Below, one piece after another: positions 48,750 to 62,900 of a stretch of 64,000 nt of DNA. How positions within the stretch are numbered: the first letter of the stretch is position 1; every line of letters starts with the position of its first letter. This DNA is from Marsupella aquatica (lineage: Eukaryota; Plantae; Marchantiophyta): positions 10,032,184 to 10,096,183 of the forward strand of contig OZ316895.1 in assembly GCA_973895155.1 (NCBI GenBank), given 5' to 3'. The position numbers and the translations under genes were made by a program. A model generated the notes under the pieces. That model saw nothing but the letters and a program-made list of their open reading frames with translations, was not told where the DNA came from and did no database searches.

Positions 48750-51700
48750 TTAAGCCCTTTGATTCTTCAATAGCTCCTGAAACACATGGAACGAACCCAT
48801 AAAGAAAGATCAGCATCGTAGCCCGCCATCCTCCTAGCTACAGGCCTAAAAGAATTTACTTCGAAAAACACCCCATAGATAGGCAGAACATCAAAGTTTG
48901 CAGACTAAGCTCTAAAGATCGAACACTCAGGTCTAAACACAGAAGTTGGGGCCTACAAAGCATGCATAACCACAACATCGGGAGAGCGTAAGCAGGTTAC
49001 GAAACATGCATGGGTGGGTCGAGATATATGCACAGCTTAGCAACTTACCTCTTTCACAAACACTGCATGAAAGCCATATGGCACTCTAGTGGGTAGTTCA
49101 ATAACAGCAACAGGATCATTAGACAGTGTTTTTGCATCGAGCACAATCACCTCAGATTTCCTGTCACATTCAAAGTCAAAACATTAAAGATCACTTATTC
49201 AACAGCAGCCAGACCTCTGACTAGAATTGTTGGAAAATGACTATGGTAGTGGGAGAACAAGTTACAGCAAAGGAACCTCCTGGAAAGTTCCCTGAATGTA
49301 GCAAATCAAGCTGCAAGGCGATCTGCGGAAACGATGGTCCGAAGAGTAGTGTCTCACGAGGTGACTTCGTCAACCACAAATGTGAGGACGTATCCATCGT
49401 CTTCTTCTACCTCCCTCCCGGGATTCCTGGGAACATAAACAGGCTCAGATCCATAACGCTCCTTTCCATGCAGGTACACAGCTACCACATTCCCACCAGC
49501 CGTAAATTCACTTTTACTCAAATCAGGTTCCTTCGTCAAGTCATATTTTACGACTCCACTGATGTGGGTTGCATCTTGAAACAGTGCTGTGTAGACATAT
49601 CGGTTTTTCCTGGCGACAAGTAGGACGTGGCATATCAGAAACTTCTCAACCGTCAAAGATTTGTACTGATAGTCAATGAACCACACTGACATGTACATCT
49701 TCAAAACAGGCAAAGAGTACTGTCTTGTCAAAGAGATCAGGCTTGTTGGTTGTAAGTCCGTTCCATAGCTAGACTCTCGGCTAGACTTCCAGACCGTCAA
49801 TAATGAAGCTTGAGTTCGTTAGACTCATGAATCTTATGGTGATGGGATCGAAACTCTCGGTTCCAACTACCTAGCTCTCCTGTTTCAAGATCGACTTCCA
49901 GGGCCTCTAGGCATGTCAACTTACCGGCCAACGTGCTCGTCGTTGATCCTGGGAAAGTCAGATTGCAAGACTCCAAGCTGCCTCTCGGAAGCGGTTCCAG
50001 TAGTCACGTTGAACCGATACTCCCACCTGAATTGGGTTATATTCAAAAACAGAAGAGCATGTTAGCCCAAGATAATGTTCTAACTCTTATCAATTCAGCA
50101 CCTTGAATGTCAAATCGGGTAATTGCACTAAGAGACATCGAAAAGATAGATTTGACCGCGTGCCTCACAGTTCCTTGGAAAACAGACTACAGAATGAACC
50201 AACACAGGTGCCGCAAAATTGGCCCCATGACCACAGTCACTTTCCTTAGTGAGCTTCGTTTGATATTCAGCCAAGTAAGACCCCACGGAAAATCTTAGGA
50301 ATCCATATATCTCAGATGTTCTGTATTTACCCTAAGGTTATGCAATATTTTCTCCAAGACAGATTGTCAATTGAGCACATTATTTCCCTCGGATATCATT
50401 TGAAGTTTTTCTGAAGTCACCCGGGACTTCGATCTGCCTTCGATAATCAAAACGGCACCATCCATTGTTTCGTGTACTTCAAGAAATTCTTGACAAGGAC
50501 ATGACTTAGGTGGGAGGTCTTACAACTCGTTCACAAATGCGTCACTGGTGTCTTTGTCATAGACAGAGATAGCGTCCAGATCAATGGAGGGGCTCCGGCA
50601 TGCAATTAGAACCACCTCATCTCCTTCCTCCCATGCATTGGCTGCAAGATGATGTTCAGAGTCAGGCGCAACCAACATCATCACCGTACCTCATTTTCCA
50701 ATATCTACTCTCATCATGTCCAGTGTAGTCTTCCAAAATTGGGTCAGATCTGCAAGACTCTCTATACCTACTGTTGATCTCAAAGTATCTTGGAGAAGTA
50801 CACACAATAAGCGAGAGTACATCGCCAATATCTGAAGGTAATTACTCACCAGTATGGAAAATAACGCAAGTAGAAAGTTCAAACCATTTCATCAAAGATT
50901 CGTTCTTGGCATATCTTGGCAACACCCCAAAACGGGCAGGTTTAGTCTTGTCGAAAGAGAATGCCTGTTGGTTCTTCTTCACCATATCCTGAGGCATTAC
51001 AAAGACAAAGGTAGGAATTAACCACTGACATAGGTTGCAGTCCACAACAACACGCTAAATTCTTGACCCTAAAATCTCCATTCAGACTTTGTTTTAGAAA
51101 CACACCAGCTATATAATACAGAATATCAACATTCCAGGTCATCAGTCTCTAACTTATGAAAGAATCCTTTAGCCCCAAAAACAGTCATCATTTAAGGTTC
51201 CACACCTTTGGGTTGAAGTACAGAGGCAGGTCCATGAAGATAGCATAGTTCTCGGTAATCGCGAAGTCATGCATCATAATTGGTCCCGAAACGGTAATAC
51301 TGACAGGATCACTCATTACATCATCTTTTGAGACGACTCGATACGTTATGTATGGCTTAGATTCCACCCTATACCCAAAAGTAAATAGCTCCCCTGCAGT
51401 GATAAAGTTTGATCAGATCACAAACCGCAGTCCCATTAGGATGCACATTTAGGTGAAAGATCGAATCAGAGAAAAGAGCTCATGATTAACGAGCAAAGAT
51501 TAATGGATGATTTGATGAGCTACTGGGCTTCAATGGCCCGAACATACCAGTGACAGCGTCAATCTTCGGGTGCGCAGTAAAGGGATGATTCAATTTTTTA
51601 TCATAATCAAGACGGGCGGCCGTCTCAAAATCACCATCCTCAAGGACCCGCACAACATCTGCAATAACATGGTCACTTACTAATTAGAAGCCGGCTGGCT

Positions 51701-54700
51701 TTGGCTATATACCCAGAGTCTCTTCATACGATCTAGCTGCTGACATGTACTCAGTGTCGGCAACCATTACCACTGCTCTGCCTTCTTTCATGACTCCGAA
51801 ACGAAACCAACATGTCCCTTTAATTGTGAGATAAGTCGAACGAAGTCCCGAGAAAACTAAAAGAATCGTGCCTTTTGATGGAGAAGTACCCGACTCAACA
51901 ACCCGTACGGCATCAGAGCTGGTGCACAATAAGGGGCTAGAAAAGAGATGGGTAACTGTATTTTAAATGCAGCTACTTCACAAGATCCAAGTGTACGGAC
52001 ATCTTACATGGGCTGTCGGATTCATTAAGAGAAAGGAGTTTCCCATTGTGATAAACTACTGCAGTATTTGCTGCACAGTAGCCACCCAACAATACTCGAG
52101 TCAGTGCCACAACTACAGCTCACCAGCAAGCCGATGTACCAGTGTTAGCTCAAGTACCATTTGCCAAAAATTTGTCCAGGGAATAAGAACGCTCAATCTA
52201 GGGGCAATTGAAGATTTGCAAGACCAAAACTACGGAAATGCATTTTAGTGTAATCGGCTCTGTAAGAACAAGATCTGTATCTTTTCCGGTTCAAGAGAGT
52301 TCAATTCCTTACCAGTCCCGATTCCGTTGGATATATCAATGATACCCAACTTCTTTCGGAGCTCGAAGATTCCCAAAGTAATAAGTCCCTTTTTCCCAAC
52401 CAAATCTCCAATCTGTGATATGGCAAGAAATCATTCAAACTTAAGCTTGTTACTCAACGAAAGTCATCATGTCTAAGAAGATCACTACCTCTTGTGTGTG
52501 TGCATCGGTCGCTAAAACTGACAACGATCGCAACAGACAGGGACAAGCCAACTTTCCTCCGTAACAAGCCTGCGACTGTACGAACGTATTCTTCTTTAAC
52601 ACAACCAGGACCCGCGAACAGGGCCCCTTAAAACACGTCATGGAACGAATTGAGGGGATACTGTTTGGCATCGGATTGCGTAACAACCTTCCGCCGCAAG
52701 CCATGAAGCTAAATTACTCCCCCTAATGCTCAGAGCATCAACCCAAGACCAGCTGGGCCCGAGGGGCTGAGGCAACGAGAGGAGAAGGCATCTGGCACTC
52801 GTCCCAATTCGTCCATATACGAAATCAACAGACAGAATATATGTGCATGAAACGAACTGAACCGATTTCCGTTAAACGGAATTTCAACTCTACAGGCGGG
52901 ACCAGCCACAAGGAAATATTCCATGCAACACTTCGAAAACCACCCGTAGCTGTCAAATCGCGGCTGCCCAGCAGAGAATAGATGAACGAAAAAAGAAATT
53001 ACCGTAAACACCGTCGCAGGAAGAAATCACAGGACACCCATCATGAACTGTCTAGGCATATATTGCTGGCACGCATTTGGTGAGGACGCAAGTACGTTAC
53101 ATTCAGAAGGAGGCCGTTCTTGCGAAAGTGAATGTGGCGTTTTCGGAATTAATTTAACAGAAAACTAACCTTCCTGATCTTAGGTCCACCCCAATACTGC
53201 TCCTGCAGAAATCGCGAAGTCCTCACGTAGCGAGAAACGTATGTGCAATTTCCGTCTTTGATTTTCAACCCATGCAGCATTCTGCACCATACGGAGGGAT
53301 GCGAACATCCGTAACGAGGTTAATGCAAAGCAAAGTGCTGAAACCGAGAGCCACGTATTCATTCGAAGGCTCCGGCGGGCGAGGAGTTGGATTCTTCACT
53401 GCAACGAATCCGCTAAGGTTCGAGGATCAAAATCCAGACGCCCACAAAGGCCATGAAAGCGAGCTCAGCAGTCACATGGACACTGTTCCAGTGCACAACG
53501 GAGGCAAGACTTGTCCAATTTCAATTCAGTACATTCGAAACTGCGGATCAAGAATTGCTCTACGAATTTTAAAAGAGCCAATGATGGTTGTTGGTTGGAC
53601 ATACCCGTCTCCATCGAACCTGCAACCAAGAAACGTAACGAGAGGTCAGAGAAGGTCATCCACAGCCCAAACTACATATAACTTGGAAATTCCCGCTTCA
53701 GCCAAAACTATCTTCCGTCTGAAGACACAGTCAACAAATTCCTTACAGTTTAAAAATGCTCCTCCGCGGAGAGAATAGAGGGGGTCGCGATGCAAGAAGG
53801 TAAGACGCCTGAATTGTAACATTACTGGGAAAGTGAGACGCAGAGGCCATTACCAGTTATACTTCGCTAAGGGCTGCCACCTTGGGTTGGGTCCGACACG
53901 CACAAAGTCGCCATTCAAGCATTCCTATTTCCACAGACAACCACAGACAGGGTTAGTTCCTTCCCACTCTCTCTCCAAAACCTGCAGCTTTCCAAAATTC
54001 GGGCTACAAATTAGTTTCTTCGTTGAAATTCTTTACCTCTGTCTGGCAGTAGTCTCATACTCGTATGCCAGCTTGGAGTCTAAGCATGTCATTCACCCTT
54101 TCGTATCCTGTTACGTTTTGCTATCTTAAGACATTAAGTTCACCTCCCTAATCAACAATATCTCATGCATGCTGCTGATAACAAACTTGGAATGTCCATT
54201 ATGTCACCCTTCCTCCAAGAAGTATATGTCATGAGCCTGGGAGCGAAAGCGCAAAGTGGAGATTTCTTAGCTTCAGCACTACCGTATTTCTCTCGTCAGT
54301 ATCCCAAAACAAAGCCCAGAGATGAGTTTATTCCAGTACATGACGGGATCAATTGAAATTGCCGTTTGTCCGAGTCAATCAAACAAATACCTTTTGTCAA
54401 GTACTGCATGAGACCGTTTCCTCGAGGTCGACGAGATTTTCACGTACTGTAGCCTCTAGATGACGAACTTTCGGTTGATTCTGGATGAATAATAACAGAT
54501 ATATAGGATTGCAACCATCCTCAGTGGACAACGCTAGGAAGGGCAAGGCAGGACCCACACACAAGTCAAAAGCAAAAATGAGTGCGAAAAACTTTTGACG
54601 AGAATTTCCGAACAGTTAGAGTCGAGGGAGCTCACAGGAAGGTAACCCCTCACAGAAAGAACACGCTCAGGTCCAAACTCGTCCACCGGTCCATAATTCG

Positions 54701-54881
54701 CCGTCATGTAATAGTTGTCGATCTTCTCCGCATGATACATGTACCAGTACAAAATCTTCTCCAGCACATCGATGAGAAATGCCCAAATGATCGTGTAGAA
54801 GGGTCTCTGCACCGTGAAGAGGTTGCTCCTCCGATCATCGTCATCAGCAACCTTCACACGAGTACCCAGCAAATTCCTCAT
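48750..54881 (-). CDS. CCD1: Carotenoid cleavage dioxygenase 1-like, 14 exons
   Basis: Approximate exons: 54881-54636, 53924-53854 ([14 protein letters not shown]), 53619-53605 (FDGDG micro-exon), 53281-53171, 52412-52313, 52070-52006, 51658-51548 (FTAHPK), 51393-51226 (MMHDFAITE), 50988-50850 ([11 protein letters not shown]), 50642-50524 (NAWEE), 50026-49926 (DFPRIN), 49610-49358 ([13 protein letters not shown]), 49160-49049 (RVPYGFHA), 48776-48750 (ELLKNQRA*). All four Fe-binding His are present. Confidence 0.93.
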
Positions 54882-55056
54882 TTCTGTATTTGCTGATTTG
54901 AAGCAGAGAACTTAGTTCGGAGAAGGAGATCTCGCTTGTTTCGCTTCGTACACCTGCATGTCTGTTACAACAATGAATCCTGCTGAAGCTCCCTCTGTAT
55001 TCATGATCACATCTCGCATCACTTCTCAGGCTGCCACGTCCAATCGCTCAATGCAT

Positions 55057-55058
<2 letters not shown>

Positions 55059-55099
<41 letters not shown>

Positions 55100-55110
55100 G
55101 TGTCTGTCTG
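55059..55110. repeat. (CT)n microsatellite in the CCD1 5' region
   Basis: About 18 CT units followed by GTCT units. Confidence 0.9.
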
Positions 55111-57095
55111 TGGACCTCTTGGCTGCCACGCTATCCCGCCTTGAGACCGACGGAAAGAAACCATAGCGACGGCCTCGTTCGCTAGCCAGATTTGAGGATC
55201 ACACAATGATGAAGCACGCAACCGATCATCTCTGAGCATACAAATCGGGCAATCGATCGGAAGTCCAGTAGGCCCCATCATTGCACTACTTGTCACGGTA
55301 AAGTTGTCTCTTATTAGCTGGCTTCCAGGATTTGCTGCAATCGAGCAATCTCCCATTCGCTGCACAGTCACGCAGTCACATCCAGATTTACAGGTTTCGT
55401 TCGCAAGTAGGACACCGGTATTATATTGTGGCCAAATCGAATAAATCGAGGTGAGGCGTGCAACTCCTTCGGCCTCCCCGTATCCATTCACGTGTTATGA
55501 GCGTGACCTCCAGTCTAACTATCTAACTACATATATAATAGCAATAGCAGGCTCGATTTCCATCCACTTGATCCACGACCGTGAGTGTGATTCTTCATCC
55601 TTTGTGGATGCTGCCACGATAGTACTTCTGTTCAACGTTACATTTCATTTTGTTCATTGTATTTCATGGTACATAGATACATTTGAAATTCATTTTTTAA
55701 TGAATGTAAAAGTCAGTGCTATCATCATATATACCTCCTTAGCGTAAAGTCCCCTAAAATCAATAATGCTTGCTCATCCCCTGATGACTTATATTGCCTC
55801 CCTTATAAGGTTCCCCGGGCAGGTGGAGCATATATGGTCCACAATATATCTCATTATGTGACAGCCGGCATATTTAACTATATATGTTATATGAACCCTG
55901 ACCCACAGTCTAATTTAACTATCTATAATAGCAATATAAAATGACTCTCACATACTAGTGGCTACCTTAAGGTGGAACCTCTAGATTGTGCCTGTGGGAC
56001 ATAACTAAAGATGAGTATATAGGCTTAAAAAACAGGGGTATTAAGTAATTGGAAAACATTGGAACATGAAGGGTTAATATCTAATTAATCCGTGGACCCC
56101 CATGTTATTTTAGAGGCACTTCTCTAAAAACTGAAGCCTAGATGGACCTCCAAATGGAAAGAAAAAAATTCAAAAATGGACAAGCAAATGTTTGACACTT
56201 GAAACAGTTGCCAAACTTACCAAGGCAACCATAATTAACATCAATCACAAAACCAGTTACAATGTAAACTACTGTTTAATGTGTGGGTAGTTTAATTGCC
56301 CACTTCAACAAAACAGTGCTCGACAGTTTCCTCCACGGGACCAAAGTGATGTTGGATGCACTCAAGTTGCATCGAAAGTAATTACTTTCAATGTCTACAT
56401 GCAGATAGACAAAGAGAGAGAAGTAATCGGTGTCATCAAATCACTAATTTCGCATAATTGTTTAAGACAAAACGTTTCATGGAAAGCTAGAGTTATGAAT
56501 TTGAATATCTTTAGTTGCAATGTACTTAAAAGCTTTAGTATCTTAATAGTGTGCAAGACTGTGTTAAACCCCAATTCCATTTTTTCTAGGTGTGGTATCT
56601 TTTGTGTGCAATGTAGTAGGTTAATAGTGTGCAAGACTTTGCTGAACCCCAATTCCAATTTTTCTACGTGTGGCATTTTTGGTGCACGACCCCCATTCCA
56701 ATTTTTCTAAGTGTGGAGTCTTTGGTGTGTACAAAGGACTGGGGTACCCCCACTCCACTTATATAGGGCAGGTTGTGGTCCTATATAAGGGGAAGTGTCC
56801 AAGACCTCCCCCTTTTTTCACATTTCAATCATTGTTATTCTCTAGCATGCAAATTTGCTTCACAAATTCAGGAAAAATTGTGGTAACTACGGGTAACCTG
56901 TAGCTTTTGAAGGGCAGTTGTGGTTTAAAGTGAAGGGCACCTGTAGCTTTTGAAAGGCAAATTTTGTGGTTTAAAGTGTAGGGTCTTTTGTGTGCAAAGG
57001 ACTGTGGTGAATCCCCATTTGCATGAATGGCCATTGCTACACTAATAGCTAGCAAACTCTCTACTTATGTGGGTCCAAGCTCCATTGGTAGCATT

Positions 57096-57548
57096 AGGGC
57101 GTCTCAGACCTGCGGCCGTCCCAAAAGTTTTGGGAAACCACATATGGCCTTAACTCCAGTTACGGCCACATGAAACGGGTTTGGACCAGAGAGGGGAGCC
57201 GGGGTTTGATCCGTCCCATGAGGCACCTGTTGCGGGAAGCGGCCTACTCAAAGCTAGCGCTCATGCTCCAAAACGTCCGCGACGGCAAGGCAGGAAACTG
57301 TCCACGATAGCTCAATCGCGAGAGATTGTCGGCGTTTGAATTCGGATTCTGGGCATAATTGTTGTGTCGTTTATGCCACTTATCGAATCACTCTACTATT
57401 CACGTAAACGGCCACGGGCAATGGACTATTCCCGCGGCCAAAAGTTAACGAGCACGTTTTGGGCATACCATTTGAGTTACGGGATAGTCGTTACCTGCGG
57501 GGTTAACAACTACCCTTAACTTACGTGTTCATAGGTCTGAGACGCCCT
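57096..57548. mobile_element. Tourist-like (PIF/Harbinger) MITE, 453 bp
   Basis: Perfect 16-bp TIR AGGGCGTCTCAGACCT. 3-bp TSD ATT at 57093-57095 and 57549-57551. Confidence 0.85.
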
Positions 57549-58171
57549 ATTGGGAAACGTGAAGATAGTGGAAGGATTCTTTAAATGTGCCAAAACGTCG
57601 ATCGTCAGAAATAAATGTTTCTTTTTGTTGGGGGGTAACAAAAAGAAACCCAATTGGCCAGGAAAGTTCTTGTAAACACTCTCACTTTATGTCTCATAGA
57701 TGCGGTGTTTATTATTTTGACTCACTTTGCTTTTATTTCTATTTGTGGGGGCCCGCCGGCCGCGGGGGGGGGCGAGAATCCCCCCAAAGGTCAAGCACAC
57801 GTGGCTTTATTTGGAGGGAAAACCCTTTCATCTTGTTACTATAAGAGAAGAAGGAAAAAAAAGCCCAACTGGCTCCCAAAACTACAATGTCACCGCGGTC
57901 CAAAGCCAACTGGTCCAGCTATTCATTTCCTATTTAATTTGGTTTCACTTTATGTACAAAAGTACAATCCTCACAAAGCATGTTTCATGTCATTGGTACC
58001 AACCAGGTATTTTTTTAAGGTCTGGGGCATGTGCATTGTACAATTGTTGTTGCTGTCATGTTGTCATTGGTATGGTAATGCCCATGCATCGCACAAAATG
58101 TCAAGTACATTGTATTCATTATATACAAATATGTCAAGTACATTTTTGAAGCAACAATATCTCTTTGGGCA

Positions 58172-58374
58172 GAGGAATTTGCTTGATAGAATCCCAAAAT
58201 CAAGAGTGTTATTTGATAGGACCCCTGAGATTTTCAGTAGGTTAATTCAAGGTCAATGAACCATCTTGATCACTCAGGGATCCTATCAAGCAAGGTCAAT
58301 CAACTGTCTTGATCACTCAGGGATCCTATCAAGTAAGGGGTTCCATTTTGGGGGTCACATCAAGCAAATGCCTC
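58172..58374. mobile_element. Mutator-like MITE, 203 bp
   Basis: TIR GAGG(A/C)ATTTGCTTGAT. 9-bp TSD CTTTGGGCA at 58163-58171 and 58375-58383. Confidence 0.88.
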
Positions 58375-59148
58375 CTTTGGGCACTCCCTTTCAATCAATC
58401 CAAGAGGTAAGCTGAAGCCCTGGAAAACATCTCATGACAGTGTACTGTTCCTTCATTTTCCAAGTTTTGGGGATAGGATAGTGAATTCAGGCAGTTAGGG
58501 AGAGAGGTTGGTAAAAAGCTGTAAAATAAAAAGCCAATACTTGGGAAGCTATCCAACCCAAATAAATACTGCACAGGACTCGGCAATGACGTGAGGAAAA
58601 CGTTTAGGGACAAACTAAGTATGGAAGCCATGCCATGAGAAAGGGTCCTGTGTTCCATCCCAGACTGTGTGAGTGGATAAAAGGGATGTTCTAGAATATG
58701 ACCACAAGAGTGGGGTGACAATTACGTAGCCCAAGTGCATTTTGTTAGTGCCGTCCATGTAAAATAACTACTATCAGAGATGTATCGAAGGAAAGACTTG
58801 ACGAGGCCCTGCCAAGCTTACAGCTCAGTCCCACCTCTCCAAGTTGAAATCGGGTCTGGCAACCACACATGCAAGGATGTGCAGCATCACGAGTTGCCGT
58901 AATCCTCTTGGAAAACACAATTAGATGTAGCATCACTGTGGACCAGGGTGTACGTAAGGTCAAAGTCTTCCAGACAAAATAGGAGTTTCATGCAAAAATA
59001 TGTGAGCTAGTTCATGTGTGACAATAATGTCACTGTTAGACTCTACCTCCTCCCATTGACCGGACGACCGGACCAGTCGGTCATCCGACACCACTATATG
59101 TATAAACATTCCAGACTATACAGAGATCATTGCATTCTTATCATCACA

Positions 59149-59161
59149 CGTTCTTAGCACG
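59149..59161 (+). promoter_or_regulatory. Primer-binding site complementary to an internal (anticodon-arm) tRNA-Ile segment
   Basis: CGTTCTTAGCACG is close to the Bianca-type PBS CGTTAT(T/C)AGCACG and lacks the usual TGG. Confidence 0.6.
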
Positions 59162-59989
59162 AGAGCTCAACAAGCGGAGCAAGGAAGAAAGAAAAGAAGA
59201 CTATGGAAGATTGACAAATTTTTTAATGTAGAATGTAGGATAAAGCGTGATTGGCGAAGGAGAAAGGTAGACTCGTTTTTGGGAAAAGTGAATCAATACT
59301 TTCGCACCCTCCCGCAACGAAGACAAGACAACAGCAAAACAAGAAGGCCATGAACTTTTCTTTCGAAGGGCTATGGAGATCAAAAATTGATAAGAACGAA
59401 ATTAGAAGAAAATTGAATGCTACGAGACCCAATCAATAGGACACCACGAAGGCAAACAGAAACTGATAAGGACATAGTGGATCTTCAGTAAATTCTAGGG
59501 AAGAATTGATGAGAAAAGAACTCGCATTCATAAGACGATACATGAGGGATGCAAAGAAAAGGATCGATAAGAAAGTAGATTGAATCAGTAACTCTCGGTT
59601 CATGAATCCAGAGATAAATTACCTAACCACCAATCCATCCCTAAGCGCAACTCATTTCCAATGGAACTCAAAATAACAAAGGAAGAAGAGCACTCAAACA
59701 CATAACTGCAACCCTAAGTGCACAACTGGATAACTGCACCAAAAATACAAATGAATCCTAAAATACAAAGAAGAGCATGCAATTATACATTTACAAAGAA
59801 AACCAACTTACTAAGTGCAAACCCTAAATTCTGCAAAAACCCAATCATTCTTGCTCTACTCGCCAATGACTTAGATTGCCCTTCTCAACCCTTTTTCCAC
59901 CATTGCATGCGGCAAATATGCATTGTCTTTTGACTATATATATATTATATAAACACGCACACCACCGCTGAACGCTAGGACCCTTAGAG

Positions 59990-62900
59990 ATGGCCAACCT
60001 TGAGAAACTAACCTTTCCAGCCCTAGAAATTGATGGTGGCAACTACCTAGAATGGTCCATGAACCTCAAAGAGAACCTAACCTCACTAATCCTACTCCTT
60101 GCTATAGGGCTCGCTCAACCCATATTAGCCGGTGAACCCCAACCAGACCCGTTAACCAAAGCCAATGAATCCAAGGCCCTAGTCTTTCTTAGACGCCACA
60201 TCCATAGGTTCTTGCAAAGACAATACATGCATCTCTCAACCCCTCGTGAACTATGGACAACGCTCCAGACCCGATTCGACCACCAAAAACTGGTCGAACT
60301 ACCTAAAGCCAGGCAAGACTGGCTAAACTTGCGGGTCCAGGACTTTACCTCTATTCCAGTCTACAATAGCGAGCTCTTCAGAATCACTTCAACCCTCGCA
60401 CTCTATGGCGAGCCAGTCACAAACAAGGATCTGCTAGAAAAGACCTTGTCCACGTTTCACTCATTGAACGTGTTACTATCAACACAGTACCGGAACATGA
60501 AGTTCGGGCAATACTCCGAGCTCATCGCCCACCTCCTAGTCACAGAAAGAAACCAAGAGCTTCTTTTAGTAAACTCTAGAAAACGCCCTACGGGCACACT
60601 GCCCACAAGACCACAGAATGAAGCCCATAATATAGAAAACGTTGAACCCTCCACATCGAGGCAGGGTATTAAGCGCACTAAGAATGGCAACTGGAGAAAC
60701 ACCCACAACAGGGGGAGTTTCTTTAACCAATGTCCACAATATAATTCTTGACGGACCTTTAGAGGACGTGGAGGACGTGGAGGACATGGAGGACAAGATG
60801 GACGTGGTGGACGCGGAGGACGCAGCGGTGGAAGAACATATAACAACAACCGTAGAAATGATTGGTCACAACCCCGACAACAACGGGAACGCCCGAAATG
60901 CCATGAATGCGGCATGACAAACCACCTAGCGAGAAACTATAGAATCCCGCAACACCTTACAGAACTATACCAACGGTCCCTCAAGAATGGACAAACCTCT
61001 AGGGCACCACCCCGTGAAACTCATGGGGCGTTTATGGAGTCTACGACCCATTCCAAGACTTTACAGATCCACCTGTCCAACCCGAGGCACATTTAGTGGC
61101 GAGTAGTTCCACAACCCCAGACCTAAATAGTCCTAGCACATGCATTGTTGACAGTGCGACTACGCATACTATCCTCCAGGATAGACACCTTTTCCACAAG
61201 ATCACACCTTCACGTAGATCACTGACCACTATCAATGGCCCTAGCCAAATAGAAGAGGGCTTTGGCCCAGCCTCTATTAGACTCCCACAGGGTACATAAA
61301 TCTGCTATTTTTGCCCCGAACGCAACCCGTAATCTCCTCAGTTTTAGAGATATACGAGCAAATGGACTCCACATCTAGACAGACGATACAAGAGACCAAG
61401 AAGTAATCCACTTGATTGAAAATACCTCTACGGGGAAAATCATTAAAGAAACCCTTTTCTCGTACCCATGCGGGTTTTATGTAACTCAAATTGAATGTTT
61501 GCATAACAATGCACAACCAAGCGAATTGCCCGCTCTTTGGCATGCACGCCTCGGCCACCCCGGCCAATCCATGCTAAGAAAAATCATTAAGAATTCAAGA
61601 GGCATTCCAACCAATACACGCCACATTCCAGCTAGCACCCCATGCACTGCATGCTCACGCGGTAAATTAATAACAAGGTCCACGGTATCAAAATTGCCAA
61701 CCAAAATACCCAAATTCTTGGAAATCATTCATGTAGATGTTTGCGAGCCAATTAACCCACCGAGCGGACCTTTCTGCTACTTTATGGTATTAATCGACGC
61801 ATCAACTAAATGGTCAAATGTGACCCTGCTTTCAACGAGGAACATGGTTACGCCTCGCATCTTGGCGCAAATATTGCGCGTGAAGGCACAATTCCTAGAT
61901 CACCCCATTACGACACTAAGGGTGGACAACGCAGGGGAATTCACATCTGAAACATTTGACGACTTTTGTACATCACTTGGCATCGACGTACAATATCCTG
62001 TACCCCACAAGCATTTCCAGAATGGATTAGCTGAAGCTGTCATTAAACGCCTTCAGCCAATTGCACGCCCGCTACTAATGCAATCAAAACTCCCCGTCTT
62101 AGCATGGGGACATGCCATATTACAGGCTAATGCATTAATTCAATACCGCCCATCAGCTTTTAATACCTATAGCCCATACCAAATTGCTAACGGTATCAAA
62201 CCCGATCTATCCCATCTTTGTTCATTTGGATGTCAAGTAATGGTCCCCATTACTCCACCCAAACGAACCAAGATGGGACCCCAACGACAATTGGGGATAT
62301 ACATCGGATTTGACTCCCCATCCATCATAAGATATATGGAGCCTATAACGGGTGACGTTTTTAAAGCTAGATTTCTAGATTGCCATTTTGATGATCATAT
62401 TTACCCACCATTAATAACCCCTGCACACCCACAACCACCTTTGGAGTGGGAAAGATATTCGTCATTTTGGCAAGACCTTAGAACCAATCAAGGGGAGAAA
62501 GAAGTTCAACGAATTTTGCAACTCCACAAGATTGTGGAAGAACTTCCCGATACTTTTGTCGATACATCACAAGTTAGCCGCTCACATATTCCAGCTGCGA
62601 GAGCATCTGCTCGCATCAAATTATCAAGTGAGCCAGCAAGTATATCCCAGCCTCGTACAAACGTGGTAGACCCTTGGGATCAAAAGATAAATAACCAAGA
62701 AGGCGTGGTTCATCTATACCCCCTTCACCTGATGTCGATCATACCGAATCTATAACTCATGAAGAGATCTATATCCACTACGCACACATTGGTGCGATGT
62801 GGGATAGAAATACTACTTCAATTACAGATGATGCTTTTGCATTAATGGTGGCAACACATATCACTAACGATATACCCGAACCAATATCCATCTTAGAATG

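Noticed and set aside
55048-55491. 147-aa ORF ending in RERERE
   Set aside because: Translation of the CT microsatellite and CCD1 promoter region.
55922-57055. Possible Helitron (A|TCTATAATA start, CTAG near 57050)
   Set aside because: The 3' hairpin is weak and CTAG is not followed by T, so the boundaries cannot be supported.
57654-58259. 201-aa plus-strand ORF
   Set aside because: Non-ATG start, runs into a MITE, and has no recognisable domain.
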